NCBI GenBank assembly: GCA_050180705.1
Contig: JBFXDX010000005.1
Location: forward strand, 106,006-130,005
Direction: 5' to 3'
From: Bacteroidales bacterium
GTDB lineage: Bacteria > Bacteroidota > Bacteroidia > Bacteroidales > Tenuifilaceae
DNA length: 24,000 nt
The notes below the pieces were generated by a model, which saw only the letters and a program-made list of their open reading frames with translations, had not been told where the DNA came from and did no database searches. Both the position numbers and the translations under genes were made by a program. Shown one piece after another: positions 23,661 through 24,000 of the stretch (the first letter of the stretch is position 1; each line of letters starts with the position of its first letter).

Positions 23661-24000
23661 ATGAAACTACACTATAAAGTTTGCGCTACTGCTTTTTTGC
23701 TATTATTTGGTTTTGAATCTATCGGTTCGGAGATTGATCTTTCTTTGGGTCGAAAAGAGCCATGCCCAATAATTGATATGGTTGATGAATTGAAGTGCCT
23801 AAAAATATTTCCAATTGAGGAGCATCTTAAACGTTCGGATACAATAAACTCTCCACAGGATCTTATTTATGAGTGTCAGATCGCAGCCATAGGAAAGCAA
23901 TCGCCAATAGATTTTGACTATAACAACTATGTGCGTAGATATATCGACATCTATACCATTGAGAGACGAGAACAAGTTGCACAAATGCTTGGCTTGGCCG
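23661..24000 (+). CDS. Putative secreted protein, 5' partial (possibly the N-terminus of an MltD-like lytic transglycosylase)
   Basis: This ORF is absent from the ORF track because it has no stop in the window. Hand translation from the ATG at 23661 is open to the window end: MKLHYKVCATAFLLLFGFESIGSEIDL...DYNNYVRRYIDIYTIERREQVAQMLGLA. It has a signal-peptide-like N-terminus. The V(R/Q)xYIDxYT segment resembles the region upstream of the SLT domain in MltD-like proteins. The product call is weak. Confidence 0.5.
   Translation, partial: MKLHYKVCATAFLLLFGFESIGSEIDLSLGRKEPCPIIDMVDELKCLKIFPIEEHLKRSDTINSPQDLIYECQIAAIGKQSPIDFDYNNYVRRYIDIYTIERREQVAQMLGLA

Noticed and set aside
21315-23984. Minus-strand ORFs 21315..21587, 22764..23099 and 23799..23984
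   Set aside because: They are antisense to dxr, rseP and the partial secreted-protein gene respectively, all of which are much better supported.
1-24000. CRISPR arrays, rRNA genes, IS elements with terminal inverted repeats, and a second copy of the tRNA 3' segment marking the distal island end
   Set aside because: I scanned the intergenic regions (5255-5736, 6697-7000, 7589-7936, 8474-8759, 11111-11266, 12014-12139, 18007-18301, 19987-20223, 23572-23660) and found none. A computational repeat search is still needed, because a scan by eye can miss degenerate copies.

Overview
The window splits into two parts. Positions 1 to about 19,900 are very AT-rich, and every convincing gene except the integrase lies on the minus strand. 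This part looks like the right-hand portion of a genomic or defence island. It is bounded by a large serine recombinase (18302..19954, +) whose ORF reads into an initiator tRNA-fMet gene (19914..19986, -). From the tRNA onward the sequence is visibly more G+C-rich and carries ordinary core genes on the plus strand: an M23 peptidase, dxr, rseP and a partial secreted protein. The dxr-rseP arrangement, the lack of Shine-Dalgarno sequences and TAnnTTTG-like promoter motifs suggest a Bacteroidota-like host; this is inference.

Island contents, left to right:
- An SspB/SspC/SspD-like phosphorothioation module (DUF4007-like, 1073-aa P-loop ATPase, PAPS-reductase-like), with a further gene running off the left edge.
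- A stand-alone ADP-ribosylglycohydrolase.
- A 195-aa catalytic-domain-only tyrosine recombinase, with direct and inverted repeats upstream.
- A retron: a retron-type reverse transcriptase plus an upstream 169-nt ncRNA region bracketed by a perfect 11-bp inverted repeat. It is sandwiched between an N-terminally truncated DnaB-family ATPase and a 178-aa unknown protein.
- A secreted transglutaminase-like protein with an EF-hand loop.
- A tightly packed four-gene operon: DUF1848-like Fe-S protein, class I SAM methyltransferase, minimal 351-aa SF1/UvrD-like helicase, and a 707-aa protein with no motif I recognise.

I cannot assign the four-gene operon to any named system, and it is my best candidate for an undescribed DNA-modification or defence system. 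Its methyltransferase gene is broken by a 1-nt frame change at an A5 run. The retron with a DnaB-like neighbour is the second-best candidate. No CRISPR array or rRNA gene was seen. All family assignments come from motif recognition by eye and need HMM or BLAST confirmation.
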